From Psilocybe cubensis (Eukaryota), in assembly GCA_017499595.2 (NCBI GenBank), contig JAFIQS020000014.1, positions 186,001 to 250,000 of the forward strand: a DNA stretch of 64,000 nt. The letters are read 5' to 3'. Under the pieces are notes generated by a model that saw nothing but the letters and a program-made list of their open reading frames with translations, did no database searches and had not been told where the DNA came from. Of this stretch, positions 48,579 to 59,478 are shown piece by piece (position 1 is the first letter of the stretch; every line of letters begins with the position of its first letter). A program made the position numbers and the translations under genes.

Positions 48579-49426
48579 ATGAATTTTCGATTTGCAATTC
48601 TGCTTGCCAGCTGTGCTTTCACCTTTACCGCTGGTAATGTTCTCATATCATACCTTGTAGAGTACAGTTGACTAAATAATTTCTAGGGCGGGTATGTAAC
48701 AACAAGCAAATTATCGATACCAAACCTTTTACTCTGGGTTCCGGGGAAGTGATTCAGATACAAAGGTTCAACTGCTCCTCGGACACAGCCACACCGATAA
48801 GACACTCTAAGAAAGTGGTCAAGCGAGATACATTCGATTTGAACATCCGTGCAGCGTCTGAATGTACTGAGCCTAATTGCTTCTGTGGTGTACCTTGTGA
48901 GTCGTCGTATCTCATCAACCCGACCAACCTAAGAGTTAACTCAGACTTTCTTTCATAGGCGTCTTCCTATCATGCCGGGCAGTGAGCCAACCGATACAAA
49001 GCGCCCATTGTACCCAACTAGCTGCCCAACTCTCAAATACACGTAAGTCATTCCCCAGCCAAAAATGAATCAATAGTTAGCCAACAGCTTTCATATTTAG
49101 AGGGAACAATCACAATCCCAGAAAACGAAGGGATTGGATTTATCCTTCAAAGTTGTGAATACACTATTTCGGGCTCTGAGACTGCACAAACGCAATATTG
49201 CTTTGATGACCTGGTAAGTTGGCACAAAAGTATTCCGAGAAAATCTTGCCAATACCGCAATTGATAGGGGGCGGCTGTCACCGAGCTTTTTGCGGTGTGC
49301 GGTCCCCAGCAGGCTGATTGCAAAGCAACTTCAGGCGGCTTAAATATTTTCGTCGAGTACGTATTGAACCATTACAGTCTACTGTCATTTATTTTCTCAC
49401 AATACGTCAGCCAAATATCACTCTGA
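48579..49426 (+). CDS. Small secreted cysteine-rich protein with putative Kex2 site (multi-exon; last exon uncertain)
   Basis: Signal-like MNFRFAILLASCAFTFTA; KKVVKR; exons reading ECTEPNCFCGVPCVFLSC…HCTQLA…SCEY…YCFDDL…VCG…DCKA. Confidence 0.75.
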
Positions 49427-49932
49427 TTTCAGGTTAACGTTAGCCAATGCCTTTGTTTTAAATCCAAGAATATAATGCGGTCAGTGGGTTTAAAATCTCA
49501 CCGGTAATCCGTCCGCATCATGTTCAAGCAATCCACGTCAATGAAAATTGCATCTAATTTAATTCCGACCAAACCAAGCCGGATCAAAAGGCATGCCGTC
49601 TGACTCTTAGGCAAGCCGTCACAATAAAAATATACCACGGCTTTACTAAATGAAGTATCGGCATCTGTCGGAGTTGAACATTTGTTTGATAAATATTGAA
49701 CTTCGAAATCCGGCGGTACTTTGACACAGTTCAGCAATTTACGGAATTTCGAACAAACCTGTGTGATACCTCATACCCATCCCCAGCCATCCCTGAATCC
49801 AGCTGTTTTCATTCAAGTAACGCTCGACGACATAACGAAAAATAATCTATCAACAACATTTCTTCACAAGTCTGTGGCGTCAGAAACTCTTGACTCAGGT
49901 GATTTTGTTGGAAGGCAAATAATACAGCTAAT

Positions 49933-51507
49933 TCACTTCCACAGAATCTTCATACCTGCAAACGAGTCAAGACATTCCAGACTCTTTGGTATCCCCCCTT
50001 GGAAACACAACTCGGTTCGGAGATCAATGGTCGTGATCGGGAATCCTCGGTCTCGCCTATAAGAAAGATAACGAGTAAATGGGTCGATCCAACATATTCT
50101 GTTCTCCACGGACCCGAGTCCGAGCAGAATAAGAGTATGAAGCTTCGGAAATAAAAGATGCTCCAAACACCCATCATTTAAGAGCATGTTTATGTCGGTG
50201 GGATGAAGCGATAAAATCTCCAAGCCGGAAAAATGTGAACAAAACCGATTGAACGCCTGGCACACTCTTGTAGATTCCATCATCACGTCGCAAGCTAAGG
50301 TCATCTGTAATGTAGTGGAGAAGTATGGTGACTCCAGTGCCAGAAGTAGGCGTTCGATAACAGCAAATGATGATGTAGTGTCAGGGCATATGGTTATGTC
50401 AAACGTTTCGTCCTTGCGGGAAAAGTGTCCGGAATGGTCGATGTGAGCTTCGCTGAGTGTAAAAATGGATGTCCTGCATTCCAGATATGCGCGTTTTGCT
50501 GGGTGCATTGAGATATTGTTGTGAATCAAAGTAGAGATGGCTTGTGTGTAAACTTCGAAGGGATCGCGGTCCGTCTGTCCCTCTTGCCACAAAAGTAGGG
50601 CGCATCCTGGGTGTGGCTTGATGCATGCCACGTAAGAAATACACGCCCACAATTTTAATACCCGTAGCTCTGGCAAATGTATAACTGGTGGTTGATACCC
50701 ATCGATGATCGTGTGTCCGTCGAGCTCAAGAATTTCCAGTCGCGGTAGTTGCGTCAACACGCGACATACTACTTTGTTATTGAACAGTCTGCCTAATGCT
50801 AATTCGCGAATATTCGACATCCACGCAATCTCCAGATGACACCGAGTCCCCATGGCATGGAATACCCTGAGTCGGGGTGCTTGACCGGCAAACATCGATC
50901 CCTCGAATTCATGGTAGTCCCTAGGAGAATCCGGGAACGCAAACATCTTCAGGTTGGGTGCTGGCCGTTGGACAACATATCGCAGACCGTCGATACGCTC
51001 ATACTGTGTGGGGAACTGCATCAATCTTTCGATGCGTTCCCAATGATCGACGACCAGGCGGTGAAAAAATAACAACGTCGAGTCCTTGGGCTCATCAGAA
51101 TCCGTTTCATCGTGTCCTCCAATCCACAATAATGACGTGCCTGTACGTCCGAGGACCTCGTTTCTCCAGTCGTCTGTTTCCTGATTGAGGGAACGCCAGT
51201 CTAAGAGCCGTGCCCACACAGAGGAAGTTTTGAGTAAAACATGCCTCCATTGATGACAAACTTGAGAACTCAAGCGCGCGATGTTGAGAGGCAAACAGTT
51301 TGGATCAGACAGCTCTTCGTCTGAGGGAGAATAGCTGACTGTATTGATCATGAAGATAAGCCAGAGGATGTCCTCAGTCAATTTTGATACCGGCGATGCT
51401 GTCGGGTTGCGCAATGTTAATGAACTCGTACTGGTTCTCCCATTTGCCATTATACCGATGAAATTGAAGGGGACGCGCAACGTCAAGAACAGGAAATAAA
51501 ATGACAC
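49933..51507 (-). CDS. F-box-like / RNI-like LRR protein (true start probably MANGRT near 51447)
   Basis: SPVSKLTEDILWLIF…SQVCHQWR…VWARL; PAPNL; LRR-like repeats; paralog of 45568..47250. Confidence 0.85.
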   Translation of the reverse strand: MSFYFLFLTLRVPFNFIGIMANGRTSTSSLTLRNPTASPVSKLTEDILWLIFMINTVSYSPSDEELSDPNCLPLNIARLSSQVCHQWRHVLLKTSSVWARLLDWRSLNQETDDWRNEVLGRTGTSLLWIGGHDETDSDEPKDSTLLFFHRLVVDHWERIERLMQFPTQYERIDGLRYVVQRPAPNLKMFAFPDSPRDYHEFEGSMFAGQAPRLRVFHAMGTRCHLEIAWMSNIRELALGRLFNNKVVCRVLTQLPRLEILELDGHTIIDGYQPPVIHLPELRVLKLWACISYVACIKPHPGCALLLWQEGQTDRDPFEVYTQAISTLIHNNISMHPAKRAYLECRTSIFTLSEAHIDHSGHFSRKDETFDITICPDTTSSFAVIERLLLALESPYFSTTLQMTLACDVMMESTRVCQAFNRFCSHFSGLEILSLHPTDINMLLNDGCLEHLLFPKLHTLILLGLGSVENRICWIDPFTRYLSYRRDRGFPITTIDLRTELCFQGGIPKSLECLDSFAGMKILWK

Positions 51508-52466
51508 CTAGGAAGCGAGATAAGGCGGTATGATATTCCCTGTCCTATTGTAGTCGCGTCGGTGAGCGTCCATGTTGGAATCCGACCCGTCGATCACGTA
51601 CCTCAGGTAATGCGTAGTAGCTTCGTGATTTTTTAACCGCCGAGCAGCAAATTTACGGTTGGAACCTTGAACAACGCATGTGATTGGACGATCGCGTCCA
51701 AAAAAATACCACAAAACACTTATCGAGCTTTGACCCACTTATACGAGCACGAGCACCCCCATTTAGACGACTCGTAAGCTGCTCATAAGAGCATAAGCTC
51801 AATGCTGTTTCAAGAAAATACAATAAATGTTATATTCCATGACTTCATTCCAGTGGTACCTTTCCTGTTCTACTCATATATTCCCCATATTCAAGTCTAT
51901 AAACTTATCAAATTCAACTATACACAAAAACTTAGAATGTCGGTAGATAAAACCTTACGGTGTCAAAAAATATTTCCCACAAAAATACCCGACGATCCAG
52001 ACCAGAATACCCAATAGGCGCCGAGACCTGGCTAGATTCATCCCATTTTCACAGCCAAACCCGACACTTTTACATATGGAATTTTATTTTGTGCGGATTT
52101 TTGATTAATTTAGCAGACCCCAAACACGGGCGGCTGATTGATCATTGACAGCTCAGATACTGTTCGCGAAGAAGATGGAAGAAGAGCGATGTTTACAGTG
52201 AATGAAGACCTCGCTTAGGTGTTGGAATAGATTGGAATAGCGCTAGCTTGAAAGTTGTATAACCGACTTCTTCCTCTTCTCTTATCTTAAGTGTTCTTCT
52301 CTCGTAGATGATTCTTCGTCTTACCTAAATCCGATTTCTTTTCGTATGTTTAACATGTGCTGTCGTTATCTACCAGGCAGTCCGCACCCCGGAAATTGAT
52401 TCTCATGAACGAACCAAATTTTCTCATTGAAAGCACCAATAAAGTCCCAAAGCCTAACCAACGTAA

Positions 52467-53132
52467 CACTGCGGGCGCCAACTGCTGTAAGTTAAACATA
52501 CAGCAGTAAACTTACATGTCTTATGTAAGTTTAGATGTATGTTCAACTTACAGCACATGTGTCAGGAAAACAAACATTTGACAAAGACATATTGTGTTTG
52601 GTGGCTATATGCCAACCAAACACAATTACTGTAAGTAGCCTGTAAATAGAATAAACACCTAAATTACACAAATGGTGTTTGTCTGGTGTTAGTAAAACAT
52701 ACCCATTTTCTTTAAGTAATACAAACAGCACTTACTGTAAGTAAAAATTACACACAAAGAACACAATTTGTGTATGTTATACTTACACCATTAAATGAAT
52801 TGAAAAACTTGTGTAACTATAACATACACAAATTGTTTTCTTTGTGTGTAATTTTTACTTACAGTAAGTGCTGTTTGTATTACTTAAAGAAAATGGGTAT
52901 GTTTTACTAACACCAGACAAACACCATTTGTGTAATTTAGGTGTTTATTCTATTTACAGGCTACTTACAGTAATTGTGTTTGGTTGGCATATAGCCACCA
53001 AACACAATATGTCTTTGTCAAATGTTTGTTTTCCTGACACATGTGCTGTAAGTTGAACATACATCTAAACTTACATAAGACATGTAAGTTTACTGCTGTA
53101 TGTTCAACTTACAGCGGTCGGCGCCCGCAGTG
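52467..53132. mobile_element. 666-bp foldback MITE with CACTG..CAGTG ends and TAA TSD (CACTA/EnSpm-like)
   Basis: Arms 52467-52788 and 52811-53132 are near-perfect inverted repeats; TAA at 52464-52466 and 53133-53135. Confidence 0.93.
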
Positions 53133-53344
53133 TAAAAGGTCACATCCGCCCATCTATCCATCCAAGCCATAAATCAAATCAAGCCAAACCAAAAACCATT
53201 AACAAAAACAAAACAAAATCCTACACGTAAAATTAAACTCTAACGCATAAATCCTAGACCCTGCACCGAACACCCACCCCCTCTCCTCATTCTCATTTTC
53301 CCGCAATTTTCCCACATTTAGTATCCAGATTCAGATTACCCATC

Positions 53345-54739
53345 CTATTTCGAATCCGCTTTGACAGGCAGCTGGACATGTTTAAGCGCCATCGTAGGAT
53401 GTCCGGAGTTTCCCTGAGCAATACGCGTCGCATTGGCCTCTTCAGCTGCTGATGTTGCATTTGCCTTTGTGCCGTTGTCCTTGTCCATGTCGGGTTTGTG
53501 TATATTACCCCCATTTTCATCGACATCACTCAGAGTAGAATCCCGAATGGACGACGGGGGACTTCCGGTTGTTGTTCTTCTTCCTATCCCTGTTTCTGTT
53601 CCAGTGGAAGCAGCGGCTATAGGCACCTTCTCCTCCGTACCCAGTCCCCGCTCCTGCTTGCTGGATAACAGATCACTTTCCGGACCCAATCTCGCGTCGT
53701 GTTGTGCGGTAATAAACATGAGAAATGTACTAAATATTTGACAAATTAATGTGGAATCCCGGCGCATTGATGGAACGGGACGTACCTGGCGAGGGTACTG
53801 AGAAACGCGATCCACAGGAGAACGACCCATGCGATGTTCTGCGCCCAGTGACGATATACTGTTTTAGATACATAAGACCGTTGAATGTCAACGGGAAAAG
53901 AGGTGTATCATACCGATGGGAGGCCGAGAGTATACCCGCAGTATACTTGCAGCCGTATCATGATCCACCCCTGAGATGACAGCGCTATGCGTCGCTACAA
54001 CCCACTATAATCCAGTATCAGACATTACGACCTTCACATTTCATGATGTTGTATTATGGTTGTTAAATCACGCACCGTGCTCACAATCGCAGACGCGCCC
54101 ACACCAGCCGTAATGATGACAGCCAGAACCTCTTTAACTCTCACATACCACTTGGGGTACCGCCGCTCCGGCCAAAACACAAGGAAAAAGAAGTCAGCGC
54201 CAAATAGTGTTGCTACCAGCACGCAAAACACGATCGTGGATATTGCGGAGGAGTTCAAAGAACGCTGGTCGAGGTGTGCAGATGTGCTTGAGGAGGGTTC
54301 GAGGATGGTTGATTGGACGTAAAAGTTGTGTTTGAGGGTTTGGTATTTTGATAAAGAGTACGTTGCAGTGCACTGGAGTCGTTTCTCTCAGTTAAATAAA
54401 ATAATGTGCGTCGCCACTGTAGCAGGTAGTGAATTTAACTCACTTCGGCTGCAAGACCCGTCAACATCGCAATCTACCATTTGAAACGCACCAGTCCAGA
54501 GTCGGTGCTATATCTTAAATATTTGGACAGTGGGCAGAAAGGGTGGTATATACCTGATACACGACTGGCGCGGTCGCTTATCAGCCGTCATGCCATAAAA
54601 CAAATACTCGTGCATTCAAGTTAAATAAAGACTCACCAAATCGCTCTTTGCGAAGGTACCACCCCTCTGCGAACATCTTCCGGTGTCTAAATGCCCCCCA
54701 TGACATCTGCGAGAGATCGAAACCCCAAATTCTAGTCAT
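53345..54739 (-). CDS. Fungal multi-pass membrane protein of unknown function (multi-exon)
   Basis: MTRIWGFDL…YLRKERF; hydrophobic segments IVFCVLVATLFGADFFFLVFWP, VLAVIITAGVGASAIVST, IAWVVLLWIAFLSTLA; GT-AG introns. Confidence 0.75.
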
Positions 54740-55726
54740 TATTATGTTTGGTAGTTTATCAGGAGACTTTGGCTTGTGTGAGAGAGAGATTTGATGGAAT
54801 GTGAAGTAGTCTAGCCTCGGGTATATTATCCAATCCACAGCTGTGAATTGGCCTCAGGTTAGGAGTTTTGTAGGGAGAGAGAGAGGGAGAAGGGCGACAA
54901 GGAGAGGACGACTGCAATCCAGTCAAATAGTCATATTAATCGCGTTGCAATTGGAGCCCCTTAGCTATCGGTGACCATGATAGTGGGGCCTTGGAGCCGT
55001 TCGAACGTCGTAGTGGCGAGCATGTTCAAAATTAACCTTCAACTGCACAACAGGGGCATGGAAGATGTGATGTCATCGTTCTCACGATAAATGTAGCACA
55101 CTGATTCAACAAAAATTCGAATGAATTCTTTGGTTCCGGGACCATTGACATTGAAATATTGATATCTATGGATTTTTGACTCGTGTTTTGAGCTGAGTTG
55201 AAAAGTACGGTTCTAGTCGGAAAGCGGCCACGGATTTGAGCTAGCCAACCCTCTTGCACTGGTTCAACACCTAACCGGATTAAAATCTCAGTCTGACAGA
55301 TAGATACGCTTATTAGCACCTAAAGGTTCAGTATAATAGCTAGCCCTGCACCTCTGAATTGCTCCCCACCGCATTTTGAATGATCTGCTGATAAGTTACA
55401 ATCCAGACACGGTTTCCACCATCTTAACACTGCTGAACAACCGTGTAACTGCATATTCTGGTAAAATATGGTAAGTTCGATCGTAGGTTAGCACATTTAT
55501 CTTGCCTAAGTACCCAGTAGGCTCGGATGTCAACAGGCATTAGGAAAGCTGTGCCCTACACTACTTATTGCATGTTTAGTTGTGGATTATGTAACGCTGA
55601 TGACGTCATATTGCCATTTATGGCAGGGCCGTTTCCAATCCTGTTACGCATGCTTTGTCAATGGGAAGCGTTCTCTTCTCTTTCCCGAACTTCGTCGATC
55701 ATCGATTGATCGATCATTGACATTAT

Positions 55727-55990
55727 TTGAGTTTAATAGGAAGATTACAAAAATCCAATGAGAAGCTCTGGAGAAAACCGCGAGGAAATGTGAATAGCGC
55801 CTTATACATTGCCACCGTCAGCCTGAGAGCACAAACGGTGTTGATCAAACCTCTGCTCGGCCCCAAGCGGCATGAGCTCACACATGAGGTTTCACATTCC
55901 AGTAAATGTCTAAACGGTGGGGGCAAAAACATTGCTCTTCCAACCGCTCTATCACATTCCGAGCGAATCACCAAAACATTGTTTTCAAAA
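55727..55990 (+). repeat. Split direct repeat A1 (264 bp)
   Basis: Matches 60811-61074. Confidence 0.95.
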
Positions 55991-57641
55991 GGATTTAAAA
56001 GCCTTGCTTTTCATTGATAACTTACAGCTATCTCATCTTCACTGTATTATGCATAATGTCCAACTTCAACATTCACCCACTCTTAACTCGAATGGCGATC
56101 AGGAACCGTTTGACGTGTCCCAATTCCCACGAAACGAAGGGTCCTCCAACACTTTATCTCCAGACCGCCATTCCTATCGACATAGAGAAAACTACGAACC
56201 ATCCCAATCCAACGAGTGTCAGCTCGGCGGACCGTCACGTTGTGTCAATCAACCTGAATACGTCACCCAATTTGAATTTGCGCAACGTCAGGGGCGATTT
56301 CGCCCCGCACAATTCACTCAATCGCAAAGTCAGAGGAGAGAAGAGGAAAGCGACTGCCGAATTGGAGCGCGAGACGTCTTTCATGACAGAGAATCAAACC
56401 GACCCGAAGTACAACATCTTGAGCAAAAACTCAGTCGAATCGTCCATCAATTCCAATCGCGACACTTGTCAAAGACCAAAGCACTATCCCAAGGACTCCA
56501 ACTATTGGAATCCAACTCCTCAGTCGACAACAGTCTCAAAGACAGTATCGTGTCCACCTTCTTACAAACAGTTGAATACAACGGTAAAGGAAAAGCCGTC
56601 GAAACCAATACATCACTCTTCCAACTTTCCCCACAACCTTCTTTCGCCTCGAGGCTCAACTCGCAACATATTTCGCATGTCCGACAGGAATCACACTCTC
56701 CCTCCATTCAAACACACAACTCCCGACACACACGCTCACCTTATTTACCACCGTACCCTGAACATTCCGTTGTACAAGAACAAGACTTGGACACGATTCT
56801 CGAAAGCCTTCAATCGTCAAACAAACATTCGCGTTCAGAATCCCCAGATTCACACTCCAGTTCAATTAAACGAACGAAACTCTACGAACACGACATGCCG
56901 TGGTTCGAAAGCAACCTTGAATGCACCACTAAAGACGACCCTCACATCACCAAAAACCTGCAACTCCTTCGACTCTACTCTACAGACATTGCAGCCGCCA
57001 AACGCTTCATTGCACTCTCCCCTAAAGCGCCCGCGAATTTCCCGATGTCTGAGTGGGAAAAAGTCTTCAGAGGCCAAAGTCTCAGCCTCGACCACTGCTT
57101 GTCATCACGATGTCGCGTGTCAATTGACACAGAGGCAACAACTCGCATCGGTAATGCCGAAATCCGCACAGGAGTCGTTGAACCGAAGCGAAAGGTTCAC
57201 TCAGCACCAGATTGGTCGGCGGCATGGCGCATTGCATCTCAGGCCACCGCGTTCGCATTCCCTCACCGAGCTGCGGAACTCAGAGAATACGGAGAATCAA
57301 TCGAGGATGAATTCCTTGAGCGTGCCCCGTCTGAACACCCTCGAGTCATACTCTACGACATCGCCGTTCGGAACCAGGTTGCTGGTGGACAACACTACTC
57401 GCTTACAGACCATGGAAGATTCCTCCGACTCTACTCATCCATATTGCTCCCAGGCGGACGCGAGTACTCCGAACATAACTCACGACGTTCAGGCAACAAC
57501 AATCGCAACGGACGCCGTCCCGATGTCTGCAACAGGTTCAACTCTGAACGCGGATGTCCCCTTCCACAAAACGAGTGCCGATATCGACATGTGTGCAAAC
57601 GTTGCCGAAAATCCGGCCACTCTGTCGAAAGCTGCAAGTAA
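55917..57641 (+). CDS. gag: Gag-like ORF1 with C-terminal CCCH/CCHC zinc finger (true start uncertain)
   Basis: CNRFNSERGC…CRYRHVCKRCRKSGHSVESC; WSAAW…FAFPHRAAELREY…VILYDIAVR. Confidence 0.85.
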   Translation: MGAKTLLFQPLYHIPSESPKHCFQKDLKALLFIDNLQLSHLHCIMHNVQLQHSPTLNSNGDQEPFDVSQFPRNEGSSNTLSPDRHSYRHRENYEPSQSNECQLGGPSRCVNQPEYVTQFEFAQRQGRFRPAQFTQSQSQRREEESDCRIGARDVFHDRESNRPEVQHLEQKLSRIVHQFQSRHLSKTKALSQGLQLLESNSSVDNSLKDSIVSTFLQTVEYNGKGKAVETNTSLFQLSPQPSFASRLNSQHISHVRQESHSPSIQTHNSRHTRSPYLPPYPEHSVVQEQDLDTILESLQSSNKHSRSESPDSHSSSIKRTKLYEHDMPWFESNLECTTKDDPHITKNLQLLRLYSTDIAAAKRFIALSPKAPANFPMSEWEKVFRGQSLSLDHCLSSRCRVSIDTEATTRIGNAEIRTGVVEPKRKVHSAPDWSAAWRIASQATAFAFPHRAAELREYGESIEDEFLERAPSEHPRVILYDIAVRNQVAGGQHYSLTDHGRFLRLYSSILLPGGREYSEHNSRRSGNNNRNGRRPDVCNRFNSERGCPLPQNECRYRHVCKRCRKSGHSVESCK

Positions 57642-59478
57642 TCCATTTTCCGCTGCTTTAGGGTCACGGCCATCTTACTTGAGGCATAACCTATGGCCCG
57701 CTTATCCTAATTTATCCCCAACCGCCGCCGATTGGACTGAAACTGCTATGCCTCTATCTCGCCCCTCTAATCTAGAATATCAGAATGTTCCCGCTATGCA
57801 AACTATTAGTAAAAATCCCGATTTGTTCAAGATCATTACTCCCATTAATGTCGATGTCTTTGAAAGCCTATTAGTTGATCATCCAAACCAACCGTTTGTC
57901 AAATCGGTTTGCGATGGTTTTCGCTATGGTTTTTGGCCATGGGCTGATACTTCTTCATTCCCGTTAACTCATGACGAGTCTCGTCCTACACCAAGTGATC
58001 ATGGTAAAGCTGAATTTCTTCGATCTCAGCTTAACGAAGAACAACAAAAGGACCGGTTCTCAACCTCTTTTGGTCCCGATCTACTTGACGGCATGTATTC
58101 TATGCCTGCGCACGCGGTTCCTAAACCCAACGGCGTAGATTTGCGCCTTGTGACTGATCATAGTGCTGGAAAATTCTCACTCAACTCTATGATTGATCAC
58201 GATAAGGTGACGGGGTATCCTCTTGATAATATGAGTCACTTGGGCGAAATGTTATTACATTTTCGTGCCTTACACGGTGACGATAAGCTCGTAATGTGGA
58301 AATCTGATATTGCTGAAGCATATCGTCTTCTACCTATGCATCCGCTGTGGCAATTAAAGCAAGTTAACACTGTTGACGGCCTGCGTTACATTGACAGATG
58401 CAACGCCTTTGGAAATTCGGCTTCTGGGTCTATTTTTATTGCTTTTAATGCACTTGTTGCCTGGATAGCAACACGCAAACGCGGTATCGACTACCTCGCC
58501 AATTATGTTGATGACTCTTCGGGTTTTGATCTCGAAGGCAACACATCTTATTACGAACCTTACCAAAAACATCTTCCTTATCATCAAGCGATTTTACTCC
58601 GTCTCTGGGACGAACTAGGCATCCCCCACAAAGAGAAAAAACAACTTTCTGCAAACATTCTGCCCGTCATAGGTGTCGAAGTTGATCCTAATCATATGAC
58701 TTTCGCTATGCCTTCTCATTCCAAAGAAGCATTAATAGAAGCAATGAAAACGTGGGCAATTAAGCCTCCTAGTCGCAAAGCAACCAACTTCAAACTTAAA
58801 TATTGGCAACAAATGGCCGGGTGGATAAACTGGGCACTGAACGTCTATCCCCTCTTGCGTCCCTGTCTGAATAATTTCTACCCAAAGACAGCTGGCTTAT
58901 ACAACCCTTTTCGCAATATTCGCGTCAATGACCAAATTCGCAATGATTTTCTATGGGCTATCAAACATTTAGACAATTCGGACGGGGTACACTTGCTGCA
59001 ATCTCGGGAATGGGATGTATCTCAATCCGACTTTGTGATCTATTGCGATGCTTGCCCTGACGGAATGGGATTTTGGTTCCCATCATCCGCTCAAGCCTTT
59101 TATTCTTCAACTCCTCTTCAAAGCAATACATCCATTATCTTTTATTATGAAGCGTTATGTGTTTACTGTGCCTTGGCAAACGTTGCCAAGATTGCTGGTT
59201 ACGGAAACAAAGTTACCATATTCACCGACAATTTGAATACGGTGGCAATATTTTCATCTCTGGCGTGTACACCTCAATTCAACGAGCTTTTAAAAGCCTC
59301 CGTTGACCTTGTTCTTGACAAGAACCTTAAACTACGAATCTTACACGTGCCAGGTGACGAAAATACTGTGGCAGACGCTCTGTCACGCTCCCAGTTCTCG
59401 ACTGCACTGACGATCGAACCGAGACTTGAAATTTCACCTTTCCAACCTCCTCCATGGTCGTTGGAAAGAACACTGTAA
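56014..59478 (+). CDS. pol: Reverse transcriptase + RNase H (DIRS/Ngaro type); conserved part starts near 57650
   Basis: HPNQPFV, LRLVTDHS, KSDIAEAYR, AFGNSAS, YVDD; RNase H DAC…EAL…TDN…NTVADALSR. Confidence 0.95.
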   Translation: MITYSYLIFTVLCIMSNFNIHPLLTRMAIRNRLTCPNSHETKGPPTLYLQTAIPIDIEKTTNHPNPTSVSSADRHVVSINLNTSPNLNLRNVRGDFAPHNSLNRKVRGEKRKATAELERETSFMTENQTDPKYNILSKNSVESSINSNRDTCQRPKHYPKDSNYWNPTPQSTTVSKTVSCPPSYKQLNTTVKEKPSKPIHHSSNFPHNLLSPRGSTRNIFRMSDRNHTLPPFKHTTPDTHAHLIYHRTLNIPLYKNKTWTRFSKAFNRQTNIRVQNPQIHTPVQLNERNSTNTTCRGSKATLNAPLKTTLTSPKTCNSFDSTLQTLQPPNASLHSPLKRPRISRCLSGKKSSEAKVSASTTACHHDVACQLTQRQQLASVMPKSAQESLNRSERFTQHQIGRRHGALHLRPPRSHSLTELRNSENTENQSRMNSLSVPRLNTLESYSTTSPFGTRLLVDNTTRLQTMEDSSDSTHPYCSQADASTPNITHDVQATTIATDAVPMSATGSTLNADVPFHKTSADIDMCANVAENPATLSKAASNPFSAALGSRPSYLRHNLWPAYPNLSPTAADWTETAMPLSRPSNLEYQNVPAMQTISKNPDLFKIITPINVDVFESLLVDHPNQPFVKSVCDGFRYGFWPWADTSSFPLTHDESRPTPSDHGKAEFLRSQLNEEQQKDRFSTSFGPDLLDGMYSMPAHAVPKPNGVDLRLVTDHSAGKFSLNSMIDHDKVTGYPLDNMSHLGEMLLHFRALHGDDKLVMWKSDIAEAYRLLPMHPLWQLKQVNTVDGLRYIDRCNAFGNSASGSIFIAFNALVAWIATRKRGIDYLANYVDDSSGFDLEGNTSYYEPYQKHLPYHQAILLRLWDELGIPHKEKKQLSANILPVIGVEVDPNHMTFAMPSHSKEALIEAMKTWAIKPPSRKATNFKLKYWQQMAGWINWALNVYPLLRPCLNNFYPKTAGLYNPFRNIRVNDQIRNDFLWAIKHLDNSDGVHLLQSREWDVSQSDFVIYCDACPDGMGFWFPSSAQAFYSSTPLQSNTSIIFYYEALCVYCALANVAKIAGYGNKVTIFTDNLNTVAIFSSLACTPQFNELLKASVDLVLDKNLKLRILHVPGDENTVADALSRSQFSTALTIEPRLEISPFQPPPWSLERTL

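Noticed and set aside
52543-53056. Identical 62-aa ORFs on opposite strands
   Set aside because: Mirror products of the foldback MITE arms
55723-56017. ORFs repeated at 60763-61155 and the pair 60519-60845 / 61946-62164
   Set aside because: Chance frames in the A and B split direct repeats
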